Source of the DNA: Nitrospirales bacterium
Lineage (GTDB): Bacteria > Nitrospirota > Nitrospiria > Nitrospirales > UBA8639
DNA: 64,000 bases
Assembly: GCA_965221365.1 (NCBI GenBank)
Contig: OZ244884.1
Span: 773,493-837,492 of the forward strand
Reading direction: 5' to 3'
Shown: positions 40,475 through 50,438 of the stretch, one piece after another
Layout: every line of letters begins with the position of its first letter
How positions within the stretch are numbered: the first letter of the stretch is position 1
Made by a program: the position numbers and the translations under genes
Notes under the pieces: model-generated
The model's database searches: none
The model's input: only the letters and a program-made list of their open reading frames with translations
Told to the model about the DNA's origin: nothing

Positions 40475-41377
40475 TCATTCCCGAATATCCCGGGCCCGAC
40501 GATCGAAATACTCCGACCGGGCGGACCCGTACAGATCGATCATGGACGCTTCGATTCCCTCGAACCTCTCGATGTTGAGCGCACGGCTATTCAAGCGATC
40601 CGCCGCGTTGAGGCCTGCATTCGGGACAACCGGAATAAAATAATTGAAGGGGTTCATGAAGATATCGCCGACAAATCCCACTGCGTCTCGAACCGTCACC
40701 GGAGGAAACAGCGGCAGAACCAGATAGGGTCCGGAATCCACTCCATAGGACGCAAGGGTTTGACCGATATCTTCCTTTGGCGGGGCTTCGAGATCGAACA
40801 TGTACGTGGCCACGTCGAACAGACCGGCCACGCCAAGGGTCGAATTCAAAAGGAACCGTTGCAGTTCGGTGACGGCCCGATCACCTTTCCCCTGCAAGAC
40901 CCCGTTAAGAAATCGCGAGGGAAACCCCATGTTGTTGAAAGCGTTTCCCAAGGAATTCTGAACGTCGGGTGGCAGGATGCCGGAGTACACCTTGGCTAAG
41001 GGTTTCAGGGCATAGCGGTCCAGATTATAATTGAAGGCAAAGGTGGTCGAATTGAACGGTTCCCAGGGGTCCCGGACCGGTTCGCTCTCGGTACTAAACG
41101 GATCCTGAAAGGTGTCTTCGACGAACGTTTCTTCTATCAGGGGGACTTCTTCCTCATCGGATTCCCCGGCATCACGGCTCGATCGGTCGGCCCCATCCGC
41201 CGGTTCTGGTGGAGAATACGCCAGCAGCTCCGCCTGAAAATGCAACAGGGTAGGCGTCACGATGAAAGACGTCGTCTCGGAAGCTTGTATTGCAGGTGGA
41301 TTCGCAGGGCTGGCCAAGGCGGGAAGACCCAGCACGCACCACATGCCTATCAGGGACACGCAAACCCGTCTCCTCAT
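40475..41377 (-). CDS. mlaA: MlaA/VacJ-family outer-membrane lipoprotein
   Basis: PFNSTTFAFNYNLDRYALKPLAKVYSGILPPDVQNSLGNAFNNMGFPSRFLN matches the VacJ pattern. ATG 41377 gives a signal-like MRRRVCVSLIGMWCVLGLPALA. The track start is 41437. Confidence 0.8.
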   Translation of the reverse strand: MRRRVCVSLIGMWCVLGLPALASPANPPAIQASETTSFIVTPTLLHFQAELLAYSPPEPADGADRSSRDAGESDEEEVPLIEETFVEDTFQDPFSTESEPVRDPWEPFNSTTFAFNYNLDRYALKPLAKVYSGILPPDVQNSLGNAFNNMGFPSRFLNGVLQGKGDRAVTELQRFLLNSTLGVAGLFDVATYMFDLEAPPKEDIGQTLASYGVDSGPYLVLPLFPPVTVRDAVGFVGDIFMNPFNYFIPVVPNAGLNAADRLNSRALNIERFEGIEASMIDLYGSARSEYFDRRARDIRE

Positions 41378-41447
41378 GCCTTTCTCCTCAAAAATGCGCC
41401 TCGCACGAGATTTCAAGCCCTGACGGCTCCTCACCATAGGGGACTCG

Positions 41448-41687
41448 TTACTCGGAACTGCCTAACATATCATCGATCAGCGGACGGTTGATATCTTCAC
41501 AGCCCGGGCACAGAAGATCGAACAGGGCCTCGTAGTTCTCGACGTAGTTGCGGGCATCGACCAATTGTTCATCGACCACGTCCTGATAACAGGGATCACA
41601 CAACATCATGACCCCACGCATCACCGACACGGTTTTTCGGCCATGGCTCCCGATCATACGGCACCGCCTTTCAGAACCCGATAGCAT
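41448..41687 (-). CDS. Hypothetical small protein with two CxxC motifs (79 aa or shorter)
   Basis: CDPC ... CPGC. Several internal Met residues could be the true start. Confidence 0.4.
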   Translation of the reverse strand: MLSGSERRCRMIGSHGRKTVSVMRGVMMLCDPCYQDVVDEQLVDARNYVENYEALFDLLCPGCEDINRPLIDDMLGSSE

Positions 41688-41739
41688 GGAACACCCGTCC
41701 CGACCATGGTCTCCGTCTTTCCCGAGCGCTCAACCGCGG

Positions 41740-41934
41740 TCATGACCAGCCGCGTTGCTGGGCCAGAAAAAAATCTTCCGTTTCAAGGTCAATACCGCAT
41801 TCCGGACATTCGTATGGTTGATCGGGCGGCGGAATGGACAATGCCTTTTCCTGGATACGGCCCTGGCAAACGTGATAAAAATGTCCACCGGAATGTTCGG
41901 AATCCAATGGCTCATTTTCATACTTGAGAATCAT
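41740..41934 (-). CDS. Hypothetical zinc-ribbon-like small protein (64 aa)
   Basis: HFYHVC ... YECPECG. Its start codon overlaps the divergent dehydrogenase start by 2 nt, so one of the two starts may be wrong. Confidence 0.45.
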   Translation of the reverse strand: MILKYENEPLDSEHSGGHFYHVCQGRIQEKALSIPPPDQPYECPECGIDLETEDFFLAQQRGWS

Positions 41935-43120
41935 GCCCTACTCTCTCCGCCTCCGTTATAACAAGGACTCGAAACGGCGTGCAATCCTCAACTTGCTTGG
42001 GGGTTGTATCACGGTCTTCCTGCTGTTGTCAGCCCATCCTGCAGGGGCCCTGTCTCAACGGCCTGCCGCGCAGCAGCCTTCGACTCCACGAATCGCCCTG
42101 ACGCCCATTCTCACGCAGGGACTCACCCAACCGGTCTTCATCGGGCACGCGGGTGACGCCCGGCTCTTCATCCTCGAACAGCCGGGAAGAATCCAGATCC
42201 TTCGGGACGGGGCCCTGGAGCCTTCGGCATTTCTGGACGTCTCCGACCGCGTCGACTTCGGTGGGGAAATGGGGCTCCTGGGCTTGGCGTTTCATCCCCG
42301 CTTTTCGCAAAACGGCCGTTTTTTCGTCAATTATACAAGAAAGCCGGACGGCGCCACCATCGTTGCGGAGTTCCGGGTTTCGGAAGACCCGAACCGCGCC
42401 CTCCAGGCCGCCACCCCGCTGCTCGCGATTCCCCAGCCCTATGGCAATCACAACGGAGGCATGCTGGCGTTCGGGCCTGACGGCTATCTGTATATTGCCA
42501 CGGGAGACGGCGGAGCCGGCGGTGACCCGGGGAATCGAGGACAGAACCCGGAGACCCTGCTCGGCAAGCTGTTGCGCATCGACGTTGACGGCGGAGATCC
42601 TTATGACCTCCCGCCCGATAATCCGTTCGTCGGGCAACGAAGCGGAGGGGAAATCTTTGCCCTGGGCTTCCGGAATCCCTGGAGATTTTCCTTCGACCGG
42701 GAGACCGGTCACTTGTGGGTCGCCGACGTAGGACAGAACCACTGGGAAGAAATCAACGTGGTGGAAGCCGGGCGCAACTACGGTTGGCGCATCATGGAAG
42801 GGAGCCATTGTTTCGACCCGCCTCAAGGCTGCGACACGACCGGGCTCACGCTCCCCGTGGCGGAATACCGGAATCAATCGCCTTCCTGTGCCATCACGGG
42901 CGGCTACGTGTATCGTGGACGCCGCGTGGCGTTCTTGCGGGGCACCTACGTGTTCGGCGATTACTGCAGTGGCCGGATCATGGGCCTGATCGACGGACAG
43001 CCCCACGTCCTGCTGGCTTCGGGGTTGAGAATTTCTTCCTTCGGGGAGGATCGGGAAGGCGAACTCTACGTCGTGGATCACGGGGGCGGAATCTACAGGA
43101 TCACCGGTCACACCCCGTAG
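41933..43120 (+). CDS. PQQ-dependent sugar (glucose/sorbosone) dehydrogenase family beta-propeller
   Basis: LGLAFHPRFSQNGRFFVNY..., PYGNHNGGMLAFGPDGYLYIATGDGG and GFRNPWRFSFD. Signal peptide after ATG 41933 (the track uses TTG 41924). Confidence 0.85.
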   Translation: MPYSLRLRYNKDSKRRAILNLLGGCITVFLLLSAHPAGALSQRPAAQQPSTPRIALTPILTQGLTQPVFIGHAGDARLFILEQPGRIQILRDGALEPSAFLDVSDRVDFGGEMGLLGLAFHPRFSQNGRFFVNYTRKPDGATIVAEFRVSEDPNRALQAATPLLAIPQPYGNHNGGMLAFGPDGYLYIATGDGGAGGDPGNRGQNPETLLGKLLRIDVDGGDPYDLPPDNPFVGQRSGGEIFALGFRNPWRFSFDRETGHLWVADVGQNHWEEINVVEAGRNYGWRIMEGSHCFDPPQGCDTTGLTLPVAEYRNQSPSCAITGGYVYRGRRVAFLRGTYVFGDYCSGRIMGLIDGQPHVLLASGLRISSFGEDREGELYVVDHGGGIYRITGHTP

Positions 43121-43212
43121 CCTTCTGCCCTGCCCCGGGAACGGACGGGGTCCAGTTGACGGAATCATCGGATCCTGTTATTCACCTTCTATCGTCTCTC
43201 CACGTAGCAACC

Positions 43213-44676
43213 GTGAATAAAACAACCCTCTTCTCCGTCATTGCGTTCGTCGTCATTGCCTTCTACCTGGTCATGGTGGGCCTGTATCGATGGGGAGACG
43301 GAACGCCGCCTCGCATCACGCTGGTCGAGCCGTTTACCCAGGCCGGGCCGGTGACTCCCCTGGTTCTCCACGTCGAAGATGCCGAAACGGGACTCCGGGA
43401 CGTCCACGTCAGCATTGTCCAGAACCTCGAGCAGTACCCCCTGGCCCAGGAGCAGTTCCCCTCGCAGGCGTTCCGTGCCATGGGAGGCGAGGGCCATCCT
43501 GCGTTCGACCTCAACGTCATTCCCTTTGGTGACGACGCGATCCCCAAACGCCGAGGCCTGATCAAACTGGTGATCGAGGCCCGGGATCATTCCTGGCGAG
43601 GCTTCTTCGAAGGAAACTGGGCGCGCATGGAACAGGACGTCGACGCGAAATTTACGCCCCCGCGGCTGGAAGTCCTGTCGTCTCCCCTGTCCATTTCCCA
43701 GGGAGGAGCGGGCGTTGTGGTGTATCGCGTCTCCGACGATGCGCAGCAACACGGCGTCCGAATCGGCAAGACCGTGTTTCCGGGATACCCGAACCCCAAT
43801 CAGGCCTTCAGCATGTTTTCACTCATTGCCTTTCCTCATGACGCCCCGGCCTCGACGCCGGTGGTGCTCGTGGCGGATGACGGCTTGGGCAATCATGCCG
43901 AACAACGGCTCCACGTGAGCGTCCTCTCCAGACAATGGCGAACCCGAACCCTGACGATTTCCGATCGCTTCATCGAACAGACTATTCGTCCCATCATTGC
44001 CCAGACCCCCGGGATCGAGGATCTGGACGATCCGCTCGGCAATTTTCTACAGGTCAACAAGGTGTTGCGACAACGAACGGCCGACCAACTCACGGCCATG
44101 GCCTCGGAAAGCCACCCCGAGTTCCTGTGGCACGGGGCCTTCGTCCAGTTGTCCAACTCCCAGGTGGAAGCGGTCTTCGCCGATCATCGCGAATATCGCT
44201 ACCGCGGAAAGGTCGTGGACCGGCAGTCTCATCTGGGGTTCGATCTGGCCGTCACCAAACACTACCCCGTGGAAGCCGCGAATGACGGACGCGTCGTACT
44301 GGCAGAATATTTCGGGATTTATGGCAACACCGTGGTGATCGATCACGGCTATGGCCTTCAGTCGCTGTACGCGCATTTATCCTCGTTCGTGGTGGAGCAA
44401 GGAGAGGCCGTGCGCAAAGGCCAGGTCATCGGACGATCCGGCATGACGGGTCTGGCTGCGGGCGATCATCTGCATTTCAGCCTGCTTCTTCACGGAGTCC
44501 AGATCAATCCCATGGAATGGTGGGACCACCGCTGGGTGCAATCCCATCTCACCGAGCCCCTTCTCATGAACGACGCCGCGGGTTCCTCTTCCGGGCCTCG
44601 CCCCCCCATGGTCCCCTCACCGCCCAACGGGAACGCTTCTTCGCCTCCCTCCCCCGAGCCCCAACCGGCCTTCTAG
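43213..44676 (+). CDS. Membrane-anchored M23/LytM-family metallopeptidase
   Basis: HLGFDLA (HxxxD) and GDHLHFSLLLHG (HxH) at the C-terminus. N-terminal TM TLFSVIAFVVIAFYLVMVGLY. The track ORF starts at 42715 inside the upstream gene. GTG 43213 or TTG 43156 are plausible starts. Confidence 0.8.
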   Translation: MNKTTLFSVIAFVVIAFYLVMVGLYRWGDGTPPRITLVEPFTQAGPVTPLVLHVEDAETGLRDVHVSIVQNLEQYPLAQEQFPSQAFRAMGGEGHPAFDLNVIPFGDDAIPKRRGLIKLVIEARDHSWRGFFEGNWARMEQDVDAKFTPPRLEVLSSPLSISQGGAGVVVYRVSDDAQQHGVRIGKTVFPGYPNPNQAFSMFSLIAFPHDAPASTPVVLVADDGLGNHAEQRLHVSVLSRQWRTRTLTISDRFIEQTIRPIIAQTPGIEDLDDPLGNFLQVNKVLRQRTADQLTAMASESHPEFLWHGAFVQLSNSQVEAVFADHREYRYRGKVVDRQSHLGFDLAVTKHYPVEAANDGRVVLAEYFGIYGNTVVIDHGYGLQSLYAHLSSFVVEQGEAVRKGQVIGRSGMTGLAAGDHLHFSLLLHGVQINPMEWWDHRWVQSHLTEPLLMNDAAGSSSGPRPPMVPSPPNGNASSPPSPEPQPAF

Positions 44677-44679
44677 CAC

Positions 44680-47079
44680 ATGGCACGGGCCCGCACGTCA
44701 CCCAGAGGCGATGTCGCCCGAGCCCCTATCACTACGGTGCCGCTGGATCAGACCACGCGCCAGCGGTACCTGAACTACGCCCTGTCCGTGATTACCGCCC
44801 GTGCCCTGCCCGACGTGCGAGACGGGCTGAAGCCGGTGCAGCGCCGCATTCTGTTTTCCATGTTTCACAACCACCGGTTATCCCCCGACCGTCCGCCCAT
44901 CAAGAGCGCCAAGGTCGTGGGGTCGGTGATCGGCGAATGGCATCCCCACGGTGATTCCGCGGTCTATGACGCCATGGCCCGCATGGCCCAATGGTGGTCC
45001 CTTCGCGCGCCCCTCGTGGACGGTCATGGCAACTTCGGCAGCCTGGACGGGGACCCGCCGGCGGCGTACCGGTATACCGAAGCCAGGCTCACCCCGATCG
45101 CCGTCGAACTGCTGACCGAACTGAACAAGGACACGGTTGACTTCCAGCCGAATTACGACGGCAAGGACGAAGAACCGCTGATCCTGCCCGCTCCGTTTCC
45201 GAACCTGCTGGTCAATGGGTCCACCGGCATTGCCGTGGGGATGACCACCAACGTGCCCCCCCATAACCTCGAAGAAGTCATCAACGGAGCCGTGGCCCTG
45301 ATCGACGACCGAACGTGCACGACGTCCGACCTCATGAAGTCGATCAAGGGTCCCGATTTTCCCACCGGCGGGGAAATCCTGAACTCCCGAACCGAGCTTC
45401 GCGAGATCTATGAGACCGGCCAGGGGATGGTGCGCCTGCGCGGGGAGTTCACCGTGGTGCCGGGCTCGCATGGCAAATCCCGGATCGTCGTCACCTCGAT
45501 CCCCTTTGCCGTGGATAAAGCCACGATCCTCGAACGCATCGGCGAACTCATCGCCGGCAAAAAAGTGCCGCAGTTGGTGGACGTTCGCGACGAGTCCACG
45601 ACCGACGTCCAGATCGTGCTGGAACTTCAGAAGGACGCCGATGCCGACGTGGCCATGGCCTATCTGTTCAAACATACTCCACTCCAGGGTAATGTGTCCG
45701 TGAATCTGACGAGTCTGATTCCGGTTCCGGGAACCACGACCGTCCGTCCGCAATGCCTGCCCCTCAAGGAGATCCTCGAACAGTTCATCGATTTTCGCTT
45801 TGAAACGGTCACGCGCCGGTTGTCTCATGACCTGCGCATCCTGGAGCAACGGCTTCACATCCTGTCGGGGTTTCGCGTCATCTTCGATGCCCTGGACGAG
45901 GTGCTGACCATCATCCGTCAGAGTGACGGCAAAGCCGATTCCGCGAAAAAGCTGAAACGTCGATTCCGACTCGACGACGCCCAGACCCACGCGATCCTGG
46001 AGACGCCGATCTACAAGCTCTCCCGGACGGAAATCCAAACCATGTTGGATGAGCTGGCCGACAAGACGAAGCAGGCCCATGACCTCAAGACCCTGCTCGC
46101 CTCGAAGAGCAGGATGTGGAACGTCGTCAAGCAAGAGCTCCGGGCCCTCGCCAAGACGTATGGCGACAAACGGCGGACCAGGGTCGGACGACGCCAAGGG
46201 GACCCCGTCGAATTCGACCCCGAGGCCTACATCGTCAAGGAAGACGCCGTGGTGACGATTTCCACGGACGGATGGATTCGCCGCGTCGGGATGATCAAAG
46301 ACCTGTCGAAAGCCCGGCTCCGGGAAGGGGATACCCTCCTGACGGCCTTGATCGGCAGCACGGTGGATACCATGGTGTGCTTTTCGAATTTCGGTAGCGC
46401 GTACACCATTCGCATTGGCGATCTGGCCCCGGCTCGAAGCGGGTATGGCGATCCCGCGCAAAAGTTGTTCAAATTCAAAGACGGGGAACGCATCATTGCC
46501 GCGCTCAGTGCCGATCCCAGATGCGCGGCCTCGTCAGCTGAACGCCCCGCGACGTCGGCCCTTCCGCTTTTCGACGGAGCACCGTCACCCGCCCTTCGGC
46601 AAGGGCTCGCCGTCTCATCGGCCGGCATGGGCGTGCGCTTTGACGTGGCCCCCTTCAAGGAGCCCTCGACCCGACTCGGTCGAAAATTCATGAAACTCCG
46701 GGACCGGGAAGAAGTCGTGGGCGTCGAAACCCTGGACCCCGCGGCCACGTCCATCCTCGCGGTCGCCTCCCGACGCGGGCGCGCGCTCCTGTGCCAAGCC
46801 GAAGAAATCAGCGTGCTCTCCGGTGCGGGACGAGGGGTCACGGTCATCAAACTCGAGAGCGGGGACCACGTCATGGCCGTGCGCATGTTGTCGCGGAAAC
46901 AGGACCAGTTGATCGTCCTGAAACAGGACGGCGGCAAGCTCCCGATTTCGGCGAGGAAATACCAGCCCGTCAGCCGCGGGGGCAAGGGTCACGTGCTGTT
47001 CAAACGCGGAACCCTGAAAGGAGCCGAACCGTTGCCCGTCGAACTGCCGGTCCTCGATTCGGAACGTCACGACGCGTAA
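44680..47079 (+). CDS. Type IIA DNA topoisomerase subunit A (GyrA/ParC family; ParC-like length)
   Basis: YLNYALSVITARALPDVRDGLKPVQRRILF, HPHGD and the catalytic-Tyr region AAYRYTEARL. 799 aa. I saw no GyrA-box at the usual position in the CTD. Confidence 0.9.
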   Translation: MARARTSPRGDVARAPITTVPLDQTTRQRYLNYALSVITARALPDVRDGLKPVQRRILFSMFHNHRLSPDRPPIKSAKVVGSVIGEWHPHGDSAVYDAMARMAQWWSLRAPLVDGHGNFGSLDGDPPAAYRYTEARLTPIAVELLTELNKDTVDFQPNYDGKDEEPLILPAPFPNLLVNGSTGIAVGMTTNVPPHNLEEVINGAVALIDDRTCTTSDLMKSIKGPDFPTGGEILNSRTELREIYETGQGMVRLRGEFTVVPGSHGKSRIVVTSIPFAVDKATILERIGELIAGKKVPQLVDVRDESTTDVQIVLELQKDADADVAMAYLFKHTPLQGNVSVNLTSLIPVPGTTTVRPQCLPLKEILEQFIDFRFETVTRRLSHDLRILEQRLHILSGFRVIFDALDEVLTIIRQSDGKADSAKKLKRRFRLDDAQTHAILETPIYKLSRTEIQTMLDELADKTKQAHDLKTLLASKSRMWNVVKQELRALAKTYGDKRRTRVGRRQGDPVEFDPEAYIVKEDAVVTISTDGWIRRVGMIKDLSKARLREGDTLLTALIGSTVDTMVCFSNFGSAYTIRIGDLAPARSGYGDPAQKLFKFKDGERIIAALSADPRCAASSAERPATSALPLFDGAPSPALRQGLAVSSAGMGVRFDVAPFKEPSTRLGRKFMKLRDREEVVGVETLDPAATSILAVASRRGRALLCQAEEISVLSGAGRGVTVIKLESGDHVMAVRMLSRKQDQLIVLKQDGGKLPISARKYQPVSRGGKGHVLFKRGTLKGAEPLPVELPVLDSERHDA

Positions 47080-47087
47080 CCCCTGCT

Positions 47088-47850
47088 CCGTCATTCGCGA
47101 GAAGCCCCCCATTCGTCATCCCTGCGGCTCTCGTCGTCATTCCTGCGAAGACCCCCAATCGTCATCCCTGCGGCTCTCGTCGTCATTCCTGCGAAGACCC
47201 CCAATCGTCATCCCCGCCAATGCCCCTTCCGTCATCCCCGACGTTTGTAATCGGGGATCCAGGGCTTTTGCTTCTTCCTTTTTTCTGGATGCCGGATCGG
47301 AGTCCGGCATGACGGAGAGGGATGCCAGGTCGAGTCCGGCATGACGTTGAGGCCCTTGAGTCGTCATTCCGCGTCCCCGTCCGTCGCACCCGCACACGCC
47401 CCCAATCGTCATTCCCGCGAAAAGCCTGCCCTCGACATCTTTAATCGGGGGCGGGAATCCAGGGCCTTTGCCTTTTCCTTCTTCTGGATGCCGGATCGGA
47501 GTCCGGCATGACGACTGAAGGCCTGTGGTCCGTCATTGCTATGAAGACCACCATTCGTCATCCCCGACATTTTTAATCGGGGATCCAGGGCCTTTGCTTT
47601 TTCCTTTTTCTGGATGCCGGATCGGGGTCCGGCATGACGGAGAGGGATGCCAGGTCGAGCCCGGCATGACGGAGAGGGATGCCAGGTCGAGCCCGGCATG
47701 ACGACTGAAGGCCTTGAATCGTCATCCCCCGACGCGCCCAATCCGTCGCACCCGCCTCCAATCGTCATTCCCGCGAAAGCGGGAATCCAGGGTCTTTGCC
47801 TTTTCCTTCTTCTGGATGCCGGATCGGGGTCCGGCATGACGGAGAGGGAT
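47088..47850. repeat. Array 5 of the nested-palindrome repeat family (forward orientation)
   Basis: Modules as in array 1. It includes the 107-nt composite element at 47407-47513. Confidence 0.9.
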
Positions 47851-48011
47851 TCAGAGACAACTCGTGGAAAGGGTACCTCTGAAGCGTTGCAAAATGATCT
47901 ACCCGCCTGCCTGATCCGTTGAATGTTGCGCAATAATGGTGCATAATAGATACAAATAAGAGCTAAAAGGCGCTATATTGATGACAAATTGATTCTATTT
48001 GGAGACAAAAG

Positions 48012-48272
48012 ATGCCAAGAAGAAGCATTTCTATCACAGAAACACATAATGAATGGCTGAAAGCCCAAGTTGCGAGCGGACAATATCGCTCGGAAAGTGA
48101 AGTCATCAGCGATCTTATCCGGGACCGACAAAACCGGGACGCGGGCGTCGAGGCCATTCGCCTTGCGCTGATCGAAGACGAGAAATGCGGCCCCGGCACC
48201 CCCACGACTGAAAACGTCCGAACTGCGGTGCAGGAGCGATTACGGAAAAGCGGCCCGCTGCCCATTCAGTAA
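48012..48272 (+). CDS. ParD-type ribbon-helix-helix antitoxin-like protein (no cognate toxin gene adjacent)
   Basis: ISITETHNEWLKAQVASGQYRSESEVISDLIRDRQNRDAGVEAIRLALIEDE matches the ParD (COG3609-type) pattern from memory. GGAGA lies 6 nt upstream of the ATG. Confidence 0.75.
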   Translation: MPRRSISITETHNEWLKAQVASGQYRSESEVISDLIRDRQNRDAGVEAIRLALIEDEKCGPGTPTTENVRTAVQERLRKSGPLPIQ

Positions 48273-48483
48273 TCCCTTGCCGACTCGGATCGCCGCGGCA
48301 AATACGGAGTCCTGCCATATTCAGGATTGAGACCAAGCAGAGAAGAGGTCTACAGTTCAACTTATCCGGCACCCCGACCTTTCTGAAAATCGGCATAGAC
48401 GTCGACCGGAACGGGTCTTGACTGTCGATGCATCGCATGATGAACCCGACGCGGCAGATGAGGAATGCTAATGGAGAAAGCTG

Positions 48484-49743
48484 ATGATCACGCTGATTGA
48501 AGCACTGAACTACCGTTGCTTGCGGTACGTGCAGAGACCCCTGAAGCCGTTTCACGTCCTGGTCGGGCCGAACGCATCGGGAAAGACCACTTTCTTGGAC
48601 GTCATTGGTCTGCTGAGTGATCTCGTATCCAACGGGTTGGACGCCGCTCTGTCCGATCGCACCTCGAATCCCCAAGAACTCCTCTTTCGGCGCCAAGGTG
48701 ATGGGCTGGAATTGTTGATCGAGGCGCGCATTCCCGAGGAGCTTCGTCAGCAGACGTCGAAACCTGAACTGGACACAATAAGATATGAAGTGGCAATCGG
48801 CTTTGATGAAACGCGGCACCAATTCGAGTTGAAGGCCGAAACCCTGTTATTGAAGAAAGCCAAGGCCTTGAACCTGCCCCAACGCTCATTATTTCCCATG
48901 CCTCCCAGTACACCGGATTCCCTGCTGACCAAGTCCCGTCAACGGGGCAACAAGATCGTGATGAAAAAGATGCCGGGAGGAAACGACAATTTTTATAGTG
49001 AGAAAGATTCTCGTGCTGGCAAGGGTTGGGCACCCTCGATCAGATTGGGACCGGGGAAATCTGTCCTCGGCCATTTCCCTTTCGACGGAAATCAATTTCC
49101 CGTGGCTGCATGGTTTCGAGCATACTTAACCACTGGAGTTCAGCGGTTCGTGCTCAACAGCCATGCGATCAAGCACCCCAGTCCTCCCATGAAGTTTTCG
49201 GGGTTTTTGTCGGACGGCTCAAATCTTCCCTGGGTTGTGCGACGTCTCCGGAAGGACGATCCGGAACGGCACCGTGCTTGGATCGCTCATCTTCGGACGG
49301 CCCTTCCCGATCTGGTGGACGTTGCAACCTCTTTACGGAGAAACGACAGTCACTGCTATATGTTCTACGAATATGAAGGCAGGCTGAAAGTGCCTTCATG
49401 GCTGGTTTCCGATGGCACGCTCAGACTGACGGCCCTCACCTTACCTGCATATCTGAACGATCATCGAGGCATCTATCTGATAGAGGAGCCTGAAAACGGG
49501 ATTCATCCGAAAGCCGTGGCCACCGCGTATGATTCCCTCTCCTCGGTCTATGAGGCCCAGGTGTTGTTGGCGACCCATTCTCCGGTCGTCCTGAGCAAAG
49601 TCGACATGAAAGACGTGCTGTGCTTTGCCAAGAATGACGACGGCTCAACCGACGTCGTTCTTGGCTCTGAACATCCCTTGCTTCAACAATGGCAGGGTAC
49701 CACTGACCTTGGGACCTTGCTCGCCTCCGGGGTCCTGGGATGA
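48484..49743 (+). CDS. SMC/RecF-like ABC ATPase (AAA_15/AAA_21 type) without a fused nuclease domain
   Basis: Walker A GPNASGKTT, signature-like SDGTLRL, Walker B IYLIEEPENGIHP and H-loop LATHSP. GGAG lies 7 nt upstream of the ATG. Confidence 0.85.
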   Translation: MITLIEALNYRCLRYVQRPLKPFHVLVGPNASGKTTFLDVIGLLSDLVSNGLDAALSDRTSNPQELLFRRQGDGLELLIEARIPEELRQQTSKPELDTIRYEVAIGFDETRHQFELKAETLLLKKAKALNLPQRSLFPMPPSTPDSLLTKSRQRGNKIVMKKMPGGNDNFYSEKDSRAGKGWAPSIRLGPGKSVLGHFPFDGNQFPVAAWFRAYLTTGVQRFVLNSHAIKHPSPPMKFSGFLSDGSNLPWVVRRLRKDDPERHRAWIAHLRTALPDLVDVATSLRRNDSHCYMFYEYEGRLKVPSWLVSDGTLRLTALTLPAYLNDHRGIYLIEEPENGIHPKAVATAYDSLSSVYEAQVLLATHSPVVLSKVDMKDVLCFAKNDDGSTDVVLGSEHPLLQQWQGTTDLGTLLASGVLG

Positions 49744-50369
49744 CCAGAAAAAACCTCATTGTTCTCGCAGCCGATAAAAACATCGAATATGCTCTGAAAG
49801 GACTGTTCAGCAGACCCGAAGCACTCGGAATCCGTCGAATTGAGACGGAGATTTTCATTCATCCCCGCCGTGACCCCGGGTGCGTGCAAGACGGCGTTGC
49901 ATTTCTGTCCAACTTCTCGGAGCAATATGACTACGGTCTGCTCATGTTTGATTATGCAGGAAGTGGGAAAGAGCGAAAGCAACAGCCCAAGGAGTTACAG
50001 GAGCTGCTGAACCATGAATTGGACGGTTCGGGATGGCATGGGCGAGCCAAGACAATCGTGTTGTTGCCGGAGATTGAGGCGTGGATCTGGAGTGATTCTC
50101 CCCACGTTCCCGACGTGGCAGGATGGAAGCGTCGGCAGCCGTCACTTCGACAATGGCTGATTGAGCAAGGCTGGCTCGAAAAAGATGCCGTCAAACCCAA
50201 TCAACCAAAAGAGGCGTTCCTGGCAACCTTGCGCGAGGCTCGCACGCAGCGCAGTGCATCCCTGTATCAGCAGATTGCGGAAAAAGTTTCCTTACGTCGA
50301 TGCAAGGATCATTCGTTTCAGGAATTCAGAGACATTCTGAGAGCCTGGTTCCCACAAGAGAGCCAATGA
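49740..50369 (+). CDS. Small partner of the ATPase (209 aa), possibly DUF4276-like
   Basis: ATGA start/stop overlap with the ATPase gene. Motifs LIVLAADKNIEYAL, LLMFDYAGSG and LLPEIEAWIWSD. The family assignment is from memory and unverified. Confidence 0.7.
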   Translation: MTRKNLIVLAADKNIEYALKGLFSRPEALGIRRIETEIFIHPRRDPGCVQDGVAFLSNFSEQYDYGLLMFDYAGSGKERKQQPKELQELLNHELDGSGWHGRAKTIVLLPEIEAWIWSDSPHVPDVAGWKRRQPSLRQWLIEQGWLEKDAVKPNQPKEAFLATLREARTQRSASLYQQIAEKVSLRRCKDHSFQEFRDILRAWFPQESQ

Positions 50370-50438
50370 TGAGTAACAACTGACGTCACACGTTGCGGAT
50401 TGCCGGAAAATACAACCGCAGAACACGGCAAGCGGGGC

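Noticed and set aside
48273-48483. Degraded ParE toxin gene downstream of the ParD-like gene.
   Set aside because: Translations of all three forward frames showed no ParE/RelE-like motif and terminate early. I cannot exclude a highly decayed remnant without a profile search.
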